Shown here piece by piece: positions 27,744 through 37,227 of a stretch of DNA of 64,000 nucleotides. A program made the translations under genes and the position numbers. The notes beneath the pieces are model-generated. The model searched no databases. It was given only the letters and a program-made list of their open reading frames with translations, and was not told the origin of the DNA. This stretch comes from a virus, in the IMG/VR virus record IMGVR_UViG_3300050821_003463, positions 1 to 64,000 of that record; one strand, 5' to 3'. Within the stretch, counting starts at the first letter, position 1. Each line of letters begins with the position of its first letter.

Positions 27744-28922
27744 ATGCCAGAAGGCTTAGTTCGCTCGGGCGATTTCCGCAACGGAACGCCCATCATCCTC
27801 CCCCACCAGTTCGGCAATCCAGTTGGCGGTTCCAGCGAGCCCTTTGGGAGCCCGCAGCCTCAATCAAACATACGCATGGCGGGGAACCCTGTGCGCTGGC
27901 TCCCTAGCCCCGCGCACTTCGGCAATCAGGTGTCTTTCCTTACGCAAGTCGTCCCTCCCAGCGTAGTAATCGCCCCGGGCAAGACTGGCACAGTTAACAT
28001 CAACGTCACTAATCTCCTCGGCACTAACAGTGTTGAGTTGACCTCCTTCGGGGAACCGGCAGGCGTCACCGTTACCTTCGCTCCGAACCCTGATACCGGC
28101 ACCGCCGTCGCGACGATCACAGTAGCCTCATCTGTCCCAGGCGGGCGGTACACGATCACGGTCGTAGGCACAGTCACAAGCCCGAACATCGAGTACACAC
28201 AGCTCCACCTTGTAGTCGCTGCGGGCGGCTCTGCTCCACCTCCCCCGACTCCCCCGACGTTCATCGCCTCCATAGCGGCGTTCTCCACCGCTTTCGGCGG
28301 CACCAACTCAACTACCGGCGCGGCGGGCGGGGCAAGCTCAATCGACACGACGGGCGCAACTCTGTTTGTCGCTTTCATTCGCGCGCACGCGAACGACACA
28401 TCCGTAACTGTGACGGACAGCCAAAACAATACGTGGAGTCTAGGACCCATCTCGACGCCCAACTTTGTCCCCCAGGCACGACTGGCTTGGGTATCCAACC
28501 CGATCACCAGCACAGCGCACCAGTTCCATACGAACGGTTCTGATAATGAGAACGCAGTAGAGGTCTTTGCATTTAGTTCTTCCGCAGGAACCTGGGTTAT
28601 GGATACTCACGCGGAGAGTACTGGATCAGTTTCAGGCGCGGCGGTTACGACGGACAGTATCACGCCCTCCAGCGCAGGAGAGGTCATCGTAGCAGGAACA
28701 TCCTCTAATCAGGGCGCAGCGCCCGCCACGGTCAACAACGGATTCAATGGCGGGCAGGGTGTCCCCCCAGGGTCTGCGTTGTCTCAACTACAGAACGGGA
28801 ACTGTGAATCTGGATCATCCGCGTATCTGATCGATTCGTCGGCTGCGCCAATCAACGTCACTATCACATCTTCCGCAAATACCGATTGGAGTTGGGCTAT
28901 CGCATCCTTCTCTAAATCCTAA
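27744..28922 (+). CDS. Ig-like domain-containing putative virion protein
   Basis: Ig-like segment (PAGVTVTFAP...GRYTITVVGT), poly-Pro linker, S/T/G-rich C-terminal domain. Confidence 0.55.
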   Translation: MPEGLVRSGDFRNGTPIILPHQFGNPVGGSSEPFGSPQPQSNIRMAGNPVRWLPSPAHFGNQVSFLTQVVPPSVVIAPGKTGTVNINVTNLLGTNSVELTSFGEPAGVTVTFAPNPDTGTAVATITVASSVPGGRYTITVVGTVTSPNIEYTQLHLVVAAGGSAPPPPTPPTFIASIAAFSTAFGGTNSTTGAAGGASSIDTTGATLFVAFIRAHANDTSVTVTDSQNNTWSLGPISTPNFVPQARLAWVSNPITSTAHQFHTNGSDNENAVEVFAFSSSAGTWVMDTHAESTGSVSGAAVTTDSITPSSAGEVIVAGTSSNQGAAPATVNNGFNGGQGVPPGSALSQLQNGNCESGSSAYLIDSSAAPINVTITSSANTDWSWAIASFSKS

Positions 28923-28927
28923 ACACC

Positions 28928-28968
28928 AAGCCCCCACCACTCTCCGGAGTCGGCGGGGGCTTATTTTT
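28928..28968. terminator. terminator at the convergence of the two transcription blocks
   Basis: AAGCCCCC...GGGGGCTT stem followed by ATTTTT. Confidence 0.75.
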
Positions 28969-29164
28969 ATTTAGAGTCTGATCGTTCCAACCGGATACAG
29001 TCGAGGCACTTGCCACAGCTCCCACACGGCAACGGCTCCGCTTCGGTACAAGCGTGTTTGCCTGTGGCGTCGTGATACCATCCGTGGTAATAACTGTTCT
29101 TCACGCCCTCGGTGTGAATTGGCTTGGAGCAATGACGACAGAAGCTACGTGCTAAGATTGCCAT
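28967..29164 (-). CDS. small Cys/His-rich protein
   Basis: Several CxxC motifs. Confidence 0.55.
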   Translation of the reverse strand: MAILARSFCRHCSKPIHTEGVKNSYYHGWYHDATGKHACTEAEPLPCGSCGKCLDCIRLERSDSK

Positions 29165-29167
29165 TGG

Positions 29168-29671
29168 TCAGTACCCCAGGTCAGTGAAGACAGGAACCTG
29201 CCAATCACTTCTCTTCTGTCGGATGTTGTCATCATGTATGTCACTCATCGTCACGCCCGCAAGTTTTGAGACGAGCGACTTGATGACCCTCCCCAGCAAC
29301 TCGACCTTCTTATTGGCGGGGATCGCAGGATAAAACTTCATGACTATGATGCCGTATTTCGCGTCATAGTAGTGAACGGTCGGAAGGTAGGGCTTAAGCA
29401 CGTCGATCTTCGCGAGCCGTGCCAGACGATTCATCTCACTCTTTGAATGTTGAATGCCTTGACTGTAGTCTAGTTTGGCTCCGCGCCCTTCGCTCAGGGG
29501 AGACTTCACCACAAGGTCAGTCCCGACAATGCGACATACTTCCCTGAAGACTCCTGCGCCGATAAAGCGAAACTTTAACCTCAAAGCTTTCCACTGTGCA
29601 GGAGTGACCGGCTTATGTTGACGGATGAGACGGAGCGCCTGCGCTGTGGTCATCGGACGGGTTTGTCGCAT
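29168..29671 (-). CDS. minimal protein-kinase-like protein
   Basis: IGAGVF (Gly loop), VVK, helix Glu, DIHDDN (catalytic loop), DLG. Confidence 0.7.
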   Translation of the reverse strand: MRQTRPMTTAQALRLIRQHKPVTPAQWKALRLKFRFIGAGVFREVCRIVGTDLVVKSPLSEGRGAKLDYSQGIQHSKSEMNRLARLAKIDVLKPYLPTVHYYDAKYGIIVMKFYPAIPANKKVELLGRVIKSLVSKLAGVTMSDIHDDNIRQKRSDWQVPVFTDLGY

Positions 29672-29963
29672 CTTCGTTCTCCTTTTTTAATTTCCGGAAG
29701 AGGTTATCCACGTCGCCGTCCACAACCCCCCGCAGCTTACTACCGTAGGTCGTCTGGGCCATGTAATCTGCGAGCAGGTTAATCCGCCCGTCGATCATCT
29801 CGACCGCATTCTCCAGTTTCTTCTGCTTGTCGCTATCATGACTGTTGCGGATGGTGAGGTGCTTGAGGATTTCAATTCCGATGGCGAACAGTTCGCGCAA
29901 CTCTGCGTAATGCTCCCATCTCGTACCCGTCTCTAGCAGGTCCAGCTTGTTCGGCTCCATCAT
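29613..29963 (-). CDS. hypothetical protein
   Basis: AGGAG RBS; operon packing. Confidence 0.6.
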   Translation of the reverse strand: MMEPNKLDLLETGTRWEHYAELRELFAIGIEILKHLTIRNSHDSDKQKKLENAVEMIDGRINLLADYMAQTTYGSKLRGVVDGDVDNLFRKLKKENEDATNPSDDHSAGAPSHPST

Positions 29964-30151
29964 CTCGGCTCCTTCACCACATGCTGTAGTCAGTGATATC
30001 TAGCTCCACTCCACACCTGCAGGTGACGACTGTGCGCGTTCCGATCCCGCCGCCCGAGCGATGCTCAATTTTCACGTCGCCTTGATTTCGACAGTCTCTC
30101 CAGTGGAACTCCCAGAGGTTTGCCAGCTTCGTCATCTCGCTCGGGTAGAGT

Positions 30152-30628
30152 CTAATTCCGGTCATACGCCCTCGCGAGCCACCCGTTCAGGAACTTCTGC
30201 CGCTCCGGATTTGCCGCGACCAAGTCGCGATAGAACTTCGCTTGTGTATTTTGTAGACTCAGGATGACTTCAAGCGAGTTCCGAGTATTTAGCTCGTGCA
30301 GGGTAGCGGCACCAATGACACCGTCCTGGTCGACCTCAACAGCCTGCTGCACTAGCTTATGCGCGCGGGACGCTCCGAGGTTCACTGACATGTCCAGCAC
30401 CTTCGTAGCCACAGCCTGCGGGATAATCAATCCATATCCATACCGATCCCACCAGTCGCGCAGGTAGATCGCGCTAGCGCTAGCGATAGTCAGCCCCTTG
30501 ATGTCCACACTGGGATAGCTGCGCTTGGAGATGCCGAAGTTCGTTTCGCCGCCCGGGTCTGACGGATCGTTCACGTAGCCGCCCTCGTGCCGCAGGACGG
30601 TCGGAATTGCCAACTCAAACATTGCCAT
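30152..30628 (-). CDS. endolysin, glycoside hydrolase family 108 with peptidoglycan-binding domain
   Basis: HEGGYVNDPSDPGGETNFGIS; DGVIG; FLNGWLAR. Confidence 0.92.
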   Translation of the reverse strand: MAMFELAIPTVLRHEGGYVNDPSDPGGETNFGISKRSYPSVDIKGLTIASASAIYLRDWWDRYGYGLIIPQAVATKVLDMSVNLGASRAHKLVQQAVEVDQDGVIGAATLHELNTRNSLEVILSLQNTQAKFYRDLVAANPERQKFLNGWLARAYDRN

Positions 30629-30984
30629 AGTAAAACCTCCAGGTCTTCGCTCTCCAACCCCACCCTTCGCGCATACCGCTGCTTCGACGCCATTTCCAGG
30701 GGATGACCACTGTCAGTGCCCACGAAGGAACAGGGTCCTGCAAACGCGAGCAGTGCTCGATCTCTATACCGATTCTCATACGCCCTCATTCGTGAAACCG
30801 ACGGCGCTCCCGCGCACGGTGACGAGGTAAGTGTGCCATTGGATTCGCTCGTCGTACGCATAGGGTTTGACTTCAATATCCTCGACAGGCTCTTTGAGAT
30901 GAACAGCCAATGCGTGCTTCGTATCGTCGAGCCTGACCGCTTTACCCATCGCTTCAACTAACCCACCGCATGCCGGTCTGTATT

Positions 30985-31407
30985 TCATCGCATTCGCTCT
31001 TTCTTAAGGACTACTGTGTCCACCCGCACGAGATTGTGGCATCCGACACCCTGCACGTTGTGGTGCGAGACTCGCTCGTAAGTCAAGAGAAACGGCTCCT
31101 TGACTCCCTCGAACTTGTCGGTCGGATACCCACAGAACAGGATGGACTCATCATACAGCATGTAGGTCCCAACGGGTTTCAGTCTGAGGTTCAGATTGCC
31201 GTCGATCTCATCCACCGCGTTTCCGTTGGTCGAGAGACTGGCTGCGAGGTACATCAGCGGGTTCGACTTGTAGGAGATGGTGCCCAGGGAGTTCTCACGG
31301 CTGGACGTGGTTGAGCAGTGCCCGAACTGAGATAGAAGAAGGACTCCTGTGATCAGAGTGCCCCACACCAAAGCCTCAACCAGCGCGTTCAGAGTTTTAT
31401 TTGTCAT
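30985..31407 (-). CDS. secreted / membrane-anchored protein
   Basis: N-terminal hydrophobic segment. Confidence 0.5.
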   Translation of the reverse strand: MTNKTLNALVEALVWGTLITGVLLLSQFGHCSTTSSRENSLGTISYKSNPLMYLAASLSTNGNAVDEIDGNLNLRLKPVGTYMLYDESILFCGYPTDKFEGVKEPFLLTYERVSHHNVQGVGCHNLVRVDTVVLKKERMR

Positions 31408-31523
31408 GCCGCTTTGCCTCTTTCTGAGTGAGATCGAGCACTTCGTCCTCAATGCGATCTTCGCGCCAGAGGATGTAGAGGGAGAGGAAGAGTCCGAGGA
31501 TCGACGCCACGGACCCAACCGTA

Positions 31524-31793
31524 CTAAGAACCGCTGTCATCGCCAGAAACCACGAGATGCTCGACGCATCCCTTTCCGCAAGAGCGATCCCACGACGTCT
31601 GGATTTGCACCCCGCAGTGCGTGTAGTAGATGTTCTCGTCCGCATCTACGAATCGGTAGACGCGGCACCCTTCGTTCTCGAAGAGAAAGTCGACTTTGAA
31701 GTTCGAGTTGCTGGTTGGCACGGTCTTTAGCGGAGCGGAGTCACAACCCAGCAAGCCGGTCAGCAGAACTGGGATTAAAAATAGAGTTTTCAT
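31524..31793 (-). CDS. DUF4884-like lipoprotein
   Basis: Lipobox LLGC; NFKVDFLFENEGCRVYRFVD. Confidence 0.7.
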   Translation of the reverse strand: MKTLFLIPVLLTGLLGCDSAPLKTVPTSNSNFKVDFLFENEGCRVYRFVDADENIYYTHCGVQIQTSWDRSCGKGCVEHLVVSGDDSGS

Positions 31794-32068
31794 CGCCCCT
31801 CCAGACTGGTTTCAAGGATGCGCAATTCTTCGCTGTTGCTGAGCACGGGTTCGAATTCACTGGTTGCTTCCAGCAGAGTCTCCCCGAACATCGGACCCAT
31901 GAGGTCATCAACAGCCCGTGCTGAGTCACGGTAGTAATTTCCCTTGATCTTCGGGTTGACATACTTCGCCTCGTACCTCTCGCGCAGCGCGCGGAGCGAC
32001 TTCAACCCATCGCTTTCTTCATCAACCTCGATCAGCCGTTCGAGCGGGAAATTACGAAGCTGGTTCAT
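31790..32068 (-). CDS. hypothetical protein
   Basis: GGAGG RBS; overlap with neighbours. Confidence 0.6.
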   Translation of the reverse strand: MNQLRNFPLERLIEVDEESDGLKSLRALRERYEAKYVNPKIKGNYYRDSARAVDDLMGPMFGETLLEATSEFEPVLSNSEELRILETSLEGR

Positions 32069-32315
32069 TGGTGACCTCCACGTTGCGGACGTTGCGCGTG
32101 CATTTGCACGACTTGGAACATCCAGAGCAGCGCCACGAGCCGAGTGAGCCCTCAGCCTCTGGATGCGCTCCCAGGTGAGCCTGGGTCAGTTTGTTCGCTG
32201 CGACGCAAGGCGTCTTCTTCGCTACCGTGTTGCAGCAAACCGAGAAGTACGCAAACTTGGCATCTGCCAAGGGATCGCGCACAGGAACAGGCTTCGACTT
32301 GAACGGCTTTTTCAT
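32052..32315 (-). CDS. Cys-rich hypothetical protein
   Basis: GAGGAG RBS; CC...C...CxxCxxxCxC. Confidence 0.6.
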   Translation of the reverse strand: MKKPFKSKPVPVRDPLADAKFAYFSVCCNTVAKKTPCVAANKLTQAHLGAHPEAEGSLGSWRCSGCSKSCKCTRNVRNVEVTNEPAS

Positions 32316-32332
32316 AGTGTCTCCTCAAAAAA

Positions 32333-32991
32333 TCTGGGTGTTAGAAACTGCTCTCTACCGCCCCTCCGCGACGAGGATTGGTGAAGGTGTTCGCGTTACC
32401 TCCGACCCTGCGTGAGAGCCGAGAGCAGTCACTAACGACCAGAAATTACATGCGTGTTATGTGGTTTCAACGCATGGAACAGGGTAAGTCAGAACTCGAA
32501 CCGCGTTTTTATTACGCGATTGCCTGCTTCTCAAACCCACCCCTGCTTCGAATTCTATTTACCCTTGGGCTCTTGATCCTTCTCAAAACCCCATAAAGTC
32601 GGTCATAGGTTCCTCCAAAGATTTAGTGGGCGAGTGAGCCGTCCTCGCCCCAGGGCACAGCAGCATTATGACCGTGTTCGGCGGGGGCTACCCGCTTCTC
32701 CGTGTTCTGCGGTATCTGCCTATCAATTAGGTGCCCAAAATCAAACTTAACACCGGGAGATTCGAACTCCGGTTCGGAGGGATGACTGGGAGTGACGTCC
32801 CACTTTTGCATCTCCGAACTACGCTCACCTACGTTTAAGCCTCTCACGCACAGTGCCAAGATCAAGAAAGTACCGGGAGAGGTACGGCGAAAAGGTCGGG
32901 GGATCGTGCCCAAGTCGACCTTGGCTAATCCTCTCCCTTCAAGTGGCTGACGTAGGGTCTAGAATGCGCTTCGTCTCCACCGGATGTTAAG
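32333..32991 (-). ncRNA. candidate large structured non-coding RNA with a T-loop
   Basis: ~660-nt gap between recA and the next gene, containing more than 12 nested helices and GGAG-TTCGAAT-CTCC adjacent to a terminal helix. Confidence 0.65.
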
Positions 32992-33013
32992 AGCAGAAAC
33001 TTCCTGCATTTCG

Positions 33014-34186
33014 CTAAATGGCTTCCAGGGCAGCGGCAACTTGTTCATCGTTCAACCTCTCCGTCGTTATCTTCTCGGCTTCTGATTTAATAGTATCGAA
33101 GAGAGGTTCCTGTGTCAAGTCCAATCTTCGATAATTTTCGTTCTTGAAACCGTACCAGCCTTTCGGAACTCCGTTGCCCGTTCCTGCCTTGACGTCTTCC
33201 TTCGTCTGGTCGCCTTCGATCACCGCGCCGATTTTGATCGCGTACGCAACGACATCGCTCTTGAGATCGAACCCAGTCTCGTACAGCAGGTTGACTATCG
33301 TCTCGCGGAACGGAGGACCCACTTTGTTCTTCACGTTTTTGATCCGCATCTTATGCCCGATGTGGACTGCCTGATCATCTCTGATCTCGCCCCCATCTGT
33401 CTTCGACAACCGACGCACTTCCAGTCGTACAGATGACCAGAACTTCAGCGCGCGCCCACCAGTAGTGACTTCCGGATTTCCGAACGTCACGCCGATCTTC
33501 TCGCGCACCTGATTGATGAAGATCACCAGGACTCCTGCCCTGTGCGCCTTCGCTACGATCTTACGCATCGCCTGGGACATTAGCCGCGCGTGCAGACCCA
33601 TGTGACTATCGCCCATGTCGCCTTCGAGTTCGGCTTTAGGAACGAGAGCCGAGACAGAGTCAACGACGATGATGCGAAACGCTCGCGTGTCGATCAAGCC
33701 ATCGAGAACTTCCAATGCCTGCTCGCCGTAATCCGGCTGGCTGATCAGCAAGTTGTCGACGTCAACACCCAGCTTCTTCGCATAGTTCGGATCGAGTGCG
33801 TGCTCTGCGTCAATGAATGCTGCGAAGCCGCCCGCGCGCTGCGCCATCGCGATGAAGTGCAGGCTGAGCGTGGTCTTACCGGATGATTCCGGTCCATAGA
33901 TTTCAACTACGCGACCATCCGGTAGACCGCCGCAAGACATTAAAATCTCGTCAAACGTTGGCATGCCTGAAGCAAGGCAAGGTAGACGGACTCCCGTCTT
34001 CTTGCCCAGCTTCTGGATGAGTTGCGTCTCGTACTCGGCGTTGAACGAGCGGATGACACCGTCAATCGCCTTTAGCTTATCAGCCTTCGAGAGTTCCGGC
34101 AGCTTGACTAACTTCTCCGCTTTCTTCGACGGGGGTGCCGTCACCGAGGACTCCTGGTTGGGACTGACCTTGACCTGTAGAGACAT
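33014..34186 (-). CDS. recA: RecA recombinase
   Basis: EIYGPESSGKTT, FIDAEHALD, VVDSV, IFINQVREKIGV.FGNPEVTTGGRALKF, KNKVGPPF. Confidence 0.97.
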   Translation of the reverse strand: MSLQVKVSPNQESSVTAPPSKKAEKLVKLPELSKADKLKAIDGVIRSFNAEYETQLIQKLGKKTGVRLPCLASGMPTFDEILMSCGGLPDGRVVEIYGPESSGKTTLSLHFIAMAQRAGGFAAFIDAEHALDPNYAKKLGVDVDNLLISQPDYGEQALEVLDGLIDTRAFRIIVVDSVSALVPKAELEGDMGDSHMGLHARLMSQAMRKIVAKAHRAGVLVIFINQVREKIGVTFGNPEVTTGGRALKFWSSVRLEVRRLSKTDGGEIRDDQAVHIGHKMRIKNVKNKVGPPFRETIVNLLYETGFDLKSDVVAYAIKIGAVIEGDQTKEDVKAGTGNGVPKGWYGFKNENYRRLDLTQEPLFDTIKSEAEKITTERLNDEQVAAALEAI

Positions 34187-34595
34187 TTGCCTGCTCCTGT
34201 GCTTTCAGTGCCGCCTCTTCCTTCGCCAGTCGAATGTAGGTCGACATGAAACGAAAGAACATAGTAGCGTACTTCTTCCCGCGCATCGCGATGAGCGGCT
34301 GCTTGCCCTGCGTGCGATAGAACTGGTCGGTCGTCTCGACCAACTGTGGGTGATGCAAGAACCACTGCCACCAGCAGTTCTCACAATTGGTTCGCGGCTC
34401 TGTGATCATATCGAGCCTATGCCCGCACTGTTCGAGCAGGACGTGCTTGACCGTGAAGTAGTGACCGCGCATCTGGCGCAGTAACTTCTCCGTCATTACG
34501 GGCGGTTTGCCGTCCGGTCCTGGACGAAGCTCGGGCGGGAGCCGCTGTAGTTCTTCGGCTGTGAGCCCCGGTTGTTCAGTTATTGGTTCTGACAT
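34080..34595 (-). CDS. hypothetical protein with Zn-binding motif
   Basis: H...CGH...CENC. Confidence 0.6.
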   Translation of the reverse strand: MSEPITEQPGLTAEELQRLPPELRPGPDGKPPVMTEKLLRQMRGHYFTVKHVLLEQCGHRLDMITEPRTNCENCWWQWFLHHPQLVETTDQFYRTQGKQPLIAMRGKKYATMFFRFMSTYIRLAKEEAALKAQEQANVSTGQGQSQPGVLGDGTPVEESGEVSQAAGTLEG

Positions 34596-35122
34596 TTAAT
34601 CCTCCTGAACCACGAAGTCATGTTATACCACTCGTCGTACGTGAAGTCCTCCCGCTTGCTTAGATTACACCTAGGACAGCAGGCAACACAGTTTTCGTAG
34701 GAATACCCGAGCGCTGAATTTTTGCGATCTAAGTTATACCGCTGTTTTGAACGAGTGCTTCCGCCATGTTGGTGCGGTTCCCACACAAGCTGTGCTAAGC
34801 AGTAGTGACATTGAGGGTGACGCGTGAAACGTAGAAACTCTTCGTAGGTCAAAGTATTCTCTCGTTTCAACCGTGTAGCCCAATAGCACAATGCCTTGTA
34901 TAGCCATTCATAAGGGCGAAGGGTACGTCGAGTGTGACAGGCGTCGCAGCCTTGATGCGCGTTGTCATTTGCAAGGCTGCGCTTGAGGTTTTCTCCTGTT
35001 CGCAAAAAGATATTTCCACAAGCGCATTTGCAATCCCACAAGCTGCGTCCTGCTTTGTTAGTACCGTTTCGTTGAAGGACGATGACTTGTCCTATCTGAC
35101 GTCCGATTAGATCGAGGGTCAT
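34580..35122 (-). CDS. HNH-like homing endonuclease
   Basis: WDCKCACG, CHYC, LDRKNSALGY, NCVACCPRCNLSK. Confidence 0.8.
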   Translation of the reverse strand: MTLDLIGRQIGQVIVLQRNGTNKAGRSLWDCKCACGNIFLRTGENLKRSLANDNAHQGCDACHTRRTLRPYEWLYKALCYWATRLKRENTLTYEEFLRFTRHPQCHYCLAQLVWEPHQHGGSTRSKQRYNLDRKNSALGYSYENCVACCPRCNLSKREDFTYDEWYNMTSWFRRIKCQNQ

Positions 35123-35310
35123 GTTGAGTCTTTCGTCGAAACTGATCTTTCGCGACCAGATTTTTTGTCGCTTGGTAGAATTCCGCTTTCAATGTCCGCC
35201 ATCTTCCCTCGGACATCCATCCCGGCTTCGTTACCGCGCGATCAATGCGAGCCGCCGCGACCCCGTACTTCTGGAGCACCTGGAACTTCTGCTCGCTCGT
35301 GGGCTCGCCG

Positions 35311-35883
35311 TTAGGTCCGAGTTCGTACGCGACCTGTCGTCGTACGGCTAGGTCTACCGTCGCCGCTGTTACTCTCTTGCGTTTGAACGTAGGACGCTCT
35401 CGCTTCTCCCGTTTCTGCGCCAGCTCCTCCGGACTGTGTGGACAGACCTTGCAGTCCAGCCAGCTTCCGTTGTGAATCCGTGTTCCCATCTGTTGCCTCA
35501 TTCTTGCTGCTTTGATTTGACTCCAAAAACTCTATGTGACTCCTGAACGATGCGATGCGGTCTACCAGATAAGAGAGGTGATATGCAACCATCTCGTTAT
35601 CCAGCTCCGCGCCCGCCCACTCGAACATGCGGAACACCGCGTGCCACGCCTCGTGCGCTATGATGCCCTCGCTATTGTCCAGCTTGAAGAAGAGGTGACC
35701 GTGCCCGCCTACTGCTACAGAAGACAGCGCCGCCGCGCCCTCTGCCGCCCCCTCCGTTCCGTATCGCGCCTTACGCGAGCGGGCGATGCTGTCAGTAAAT
35801 ATGACGTGGACAAAGTAATTTGAGAGGACGGGGAACTTCACGATGTGCTCGTAATCTCCCCACTTCGTCAGTTTGATCTTCAT
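35311..35883 (-). CDS. zincin-like metallopeptidase
   Basis: IIAHEAWH (HExxH) with downstream NEMVAY. Confidence 0.6.
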   Translation of the reverse strand: MKIKLTKWGDYEHIVKFPVLSNYFVHVIFTDSIARSRKARYGTEGAAEGAAALSSVAVGGHGHLFFKLDNSEGIIAHEAWHAVFRMFEWAGAELDNEMVAYHLSYLVDRIASFRSHIEFLESNQSSKNEATDGNTDSQRKLAGLQGLSTQSGGAGAETGEARASYVQTQESNSGDGRPSRTTTGRVRTRT

Positions 35884-36284
35884 CAGACCCTCTTGTGCGA
35901 AAAGTATGCCGCTGGGGTGAACAGACCGACCTCTATGAACTTCCCGCCGAGTCGCTGCTCCCAGGAGTGCCGCCGATCTCCAACTAGTCGTTGGGCAAAC
36001 AGCTCGCGCTCAATTGCGTCGTCACTGTCGAACCAACTGTACGCTGCCCAGAACCACGGATGATATTTCTTGGCGACCAACTTCTCGACCGTGTTCTCAA
36101 CGTCAGCTCGGAATTCCGACATGTTAGGTTTCGCGGGGTCCTGCGCCGTCGCTCCCTTTGAGGCACTCCAGCTTGCTGCGCCGAGTCCGTTGCTGCTTCT
36201 CGACCTTCGGTACGCTGCGAGCACTTGATCGAACGCGCTTTTTTGTTTTGCGTAGTTTGGAGCCTTCTTCTTTTTTTGGTTCAT
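35883..36284 (-). CDS. hypothetical protein
   Basis: ORF with RBS in operon. Confidence 0.6.
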   Translation of the reverse strand: MNQKKKKAPNYAKQKSAFDQVLAAYRRSRSSNGLGAASWSASKGATAQDPAKPNMSEFRADVENTVEKLVAKKYHPWFWAAYSWFDSDDAIERELFAQRLVGDRRHSWEQRLGGKFIEVGLFTPAAYFSHKRV

Positions 36285-36639
36285 AGCCCCCTCGTGCTGC
36301 GATCTTCTCGTGCCACTCCTTCAGATAGATGAATGCCTTCTCTGCAGGGATGTTAACTTTTGCCATGAACTCCAGGGCACCTATCGCCCACTTGTTGCAT
36401 AAGTAGCAAAGCCAGCCTCGGTTGCACTTGCCGCAGAACACTGCGTTGTTGCCCTTCTTGCCTCGGGGTCGCTTGCAGCATGCGTGGTCGTGATCTTGGT
36501 TGAGAATGTACTGTGGGTACGGTCGCCCGCAGATCGCACAGCCGCCACCCTGGTCCGCGATCTCCTGCAGCTTATCCGCGAGGGTCTTCTTATAGACGCG
36601 CCGTAGGCGGGCATCCTGCGCCTTCTCCTTCGTAGTCAT
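36124..36639 (-). CDS. endonuclease VII-like nuclease
   Basis: QGGGCAICG, DHDH, RGWLCYLCN. Confidence 0.85.
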   Translation of the reverse strand: MTTKEKAQDARLRRVYKKTLADKLQEIADQGGGCAICGRPYPQYILNQDHDHACCKRPRGKKGNNAVFCGKCNRGWLCYLCNKWAIGALEFMAKVNIPAEKAFIYLKEWHEKIAARGGYEPKKEEGSKLRKTKKRVRSSARSVPKVEKQQRTRRSKLECLKGSDGAGPRET

Positions 36640-37043
36640 TAGATGCAGCCGCCACTTGGACTGTCACCTTCAAACTCTGCCTTGCGATGTTTATTATAGA
36701 CCGCACAGGCTATCGAATGTCTGAAGTCGTTCGGCTTCGGGATACACAGGCATTCATACTGGTAACCGACGCGCTGTGTCTCGACGTCGGTGTCTATAGT
36801 GTACATGATCGCTTTCACGCACATCGCCGCGAGATGGATCAGCTCCTTACGCATGTGCGGGCGCGTATCCTTCCCCTTGCGGAGATTGAAGGCGAACACG
36901 TCATCCTCATACTCGATGTACTCCTCGCGTATGACACCTAGCGCCTCATGCACGCTGTGCATCGGGACCGGGAAGAGTTCCATCGTTCGGGCGACCTCAG
37001 CCGAAATTTCACTTGTGATCTTTGCTACGCGTGAATCGATCAT
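36639..37043 (-). CDS. MazG-like NTP pyrophosphohydrolase
   Basis: EEYIE...KELIHLAAM all-alpha motif. Confidence 0.55.
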   Translation of the reverse strand: MIDSRVAKITSEISAEVARTMELFPVPMHSVHEALGVIREEYIEYEDDVFAFNLRKGKDTRPHMRKELIHLAAMCVKAIMYTIDTDVETQRVGYQYECLCIPKPNDFRHSIACAVYNKHRKAEFEGDSPSGGCI

Positions 37044-37227
37044 CGGTCCCCCATTGCTTTCGAGATTGCCTTATCAGTGTGCGCCTTTAGCGCATGACGA
37101 AACATCTTCGCTACGAATCTTGCGTCTTCCTGATCTCTCTCAACTCCGAGATAGAAGGTCTGGTTATTCTGGGTGAGTCGCACTCGATAACTTCCGCGCT
37201 GTAACAGAGAAGGTTCGACAATGACTT

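Noticed and set aside
32378-32913. ORFs 32378-32596 (+) and 32623-32913 (-) as real genes
   Set aside because: Weak starts, no RBS, no motifs; the region is better explained by RNA structure
32746-32991. tmRNA, RNase P RNA or self-splicing intron
   Set aside because: No G3:U/CCA alanine acceptor or tag ORF, no RNase P P4 consensus, and the flanking genes are not interrupted
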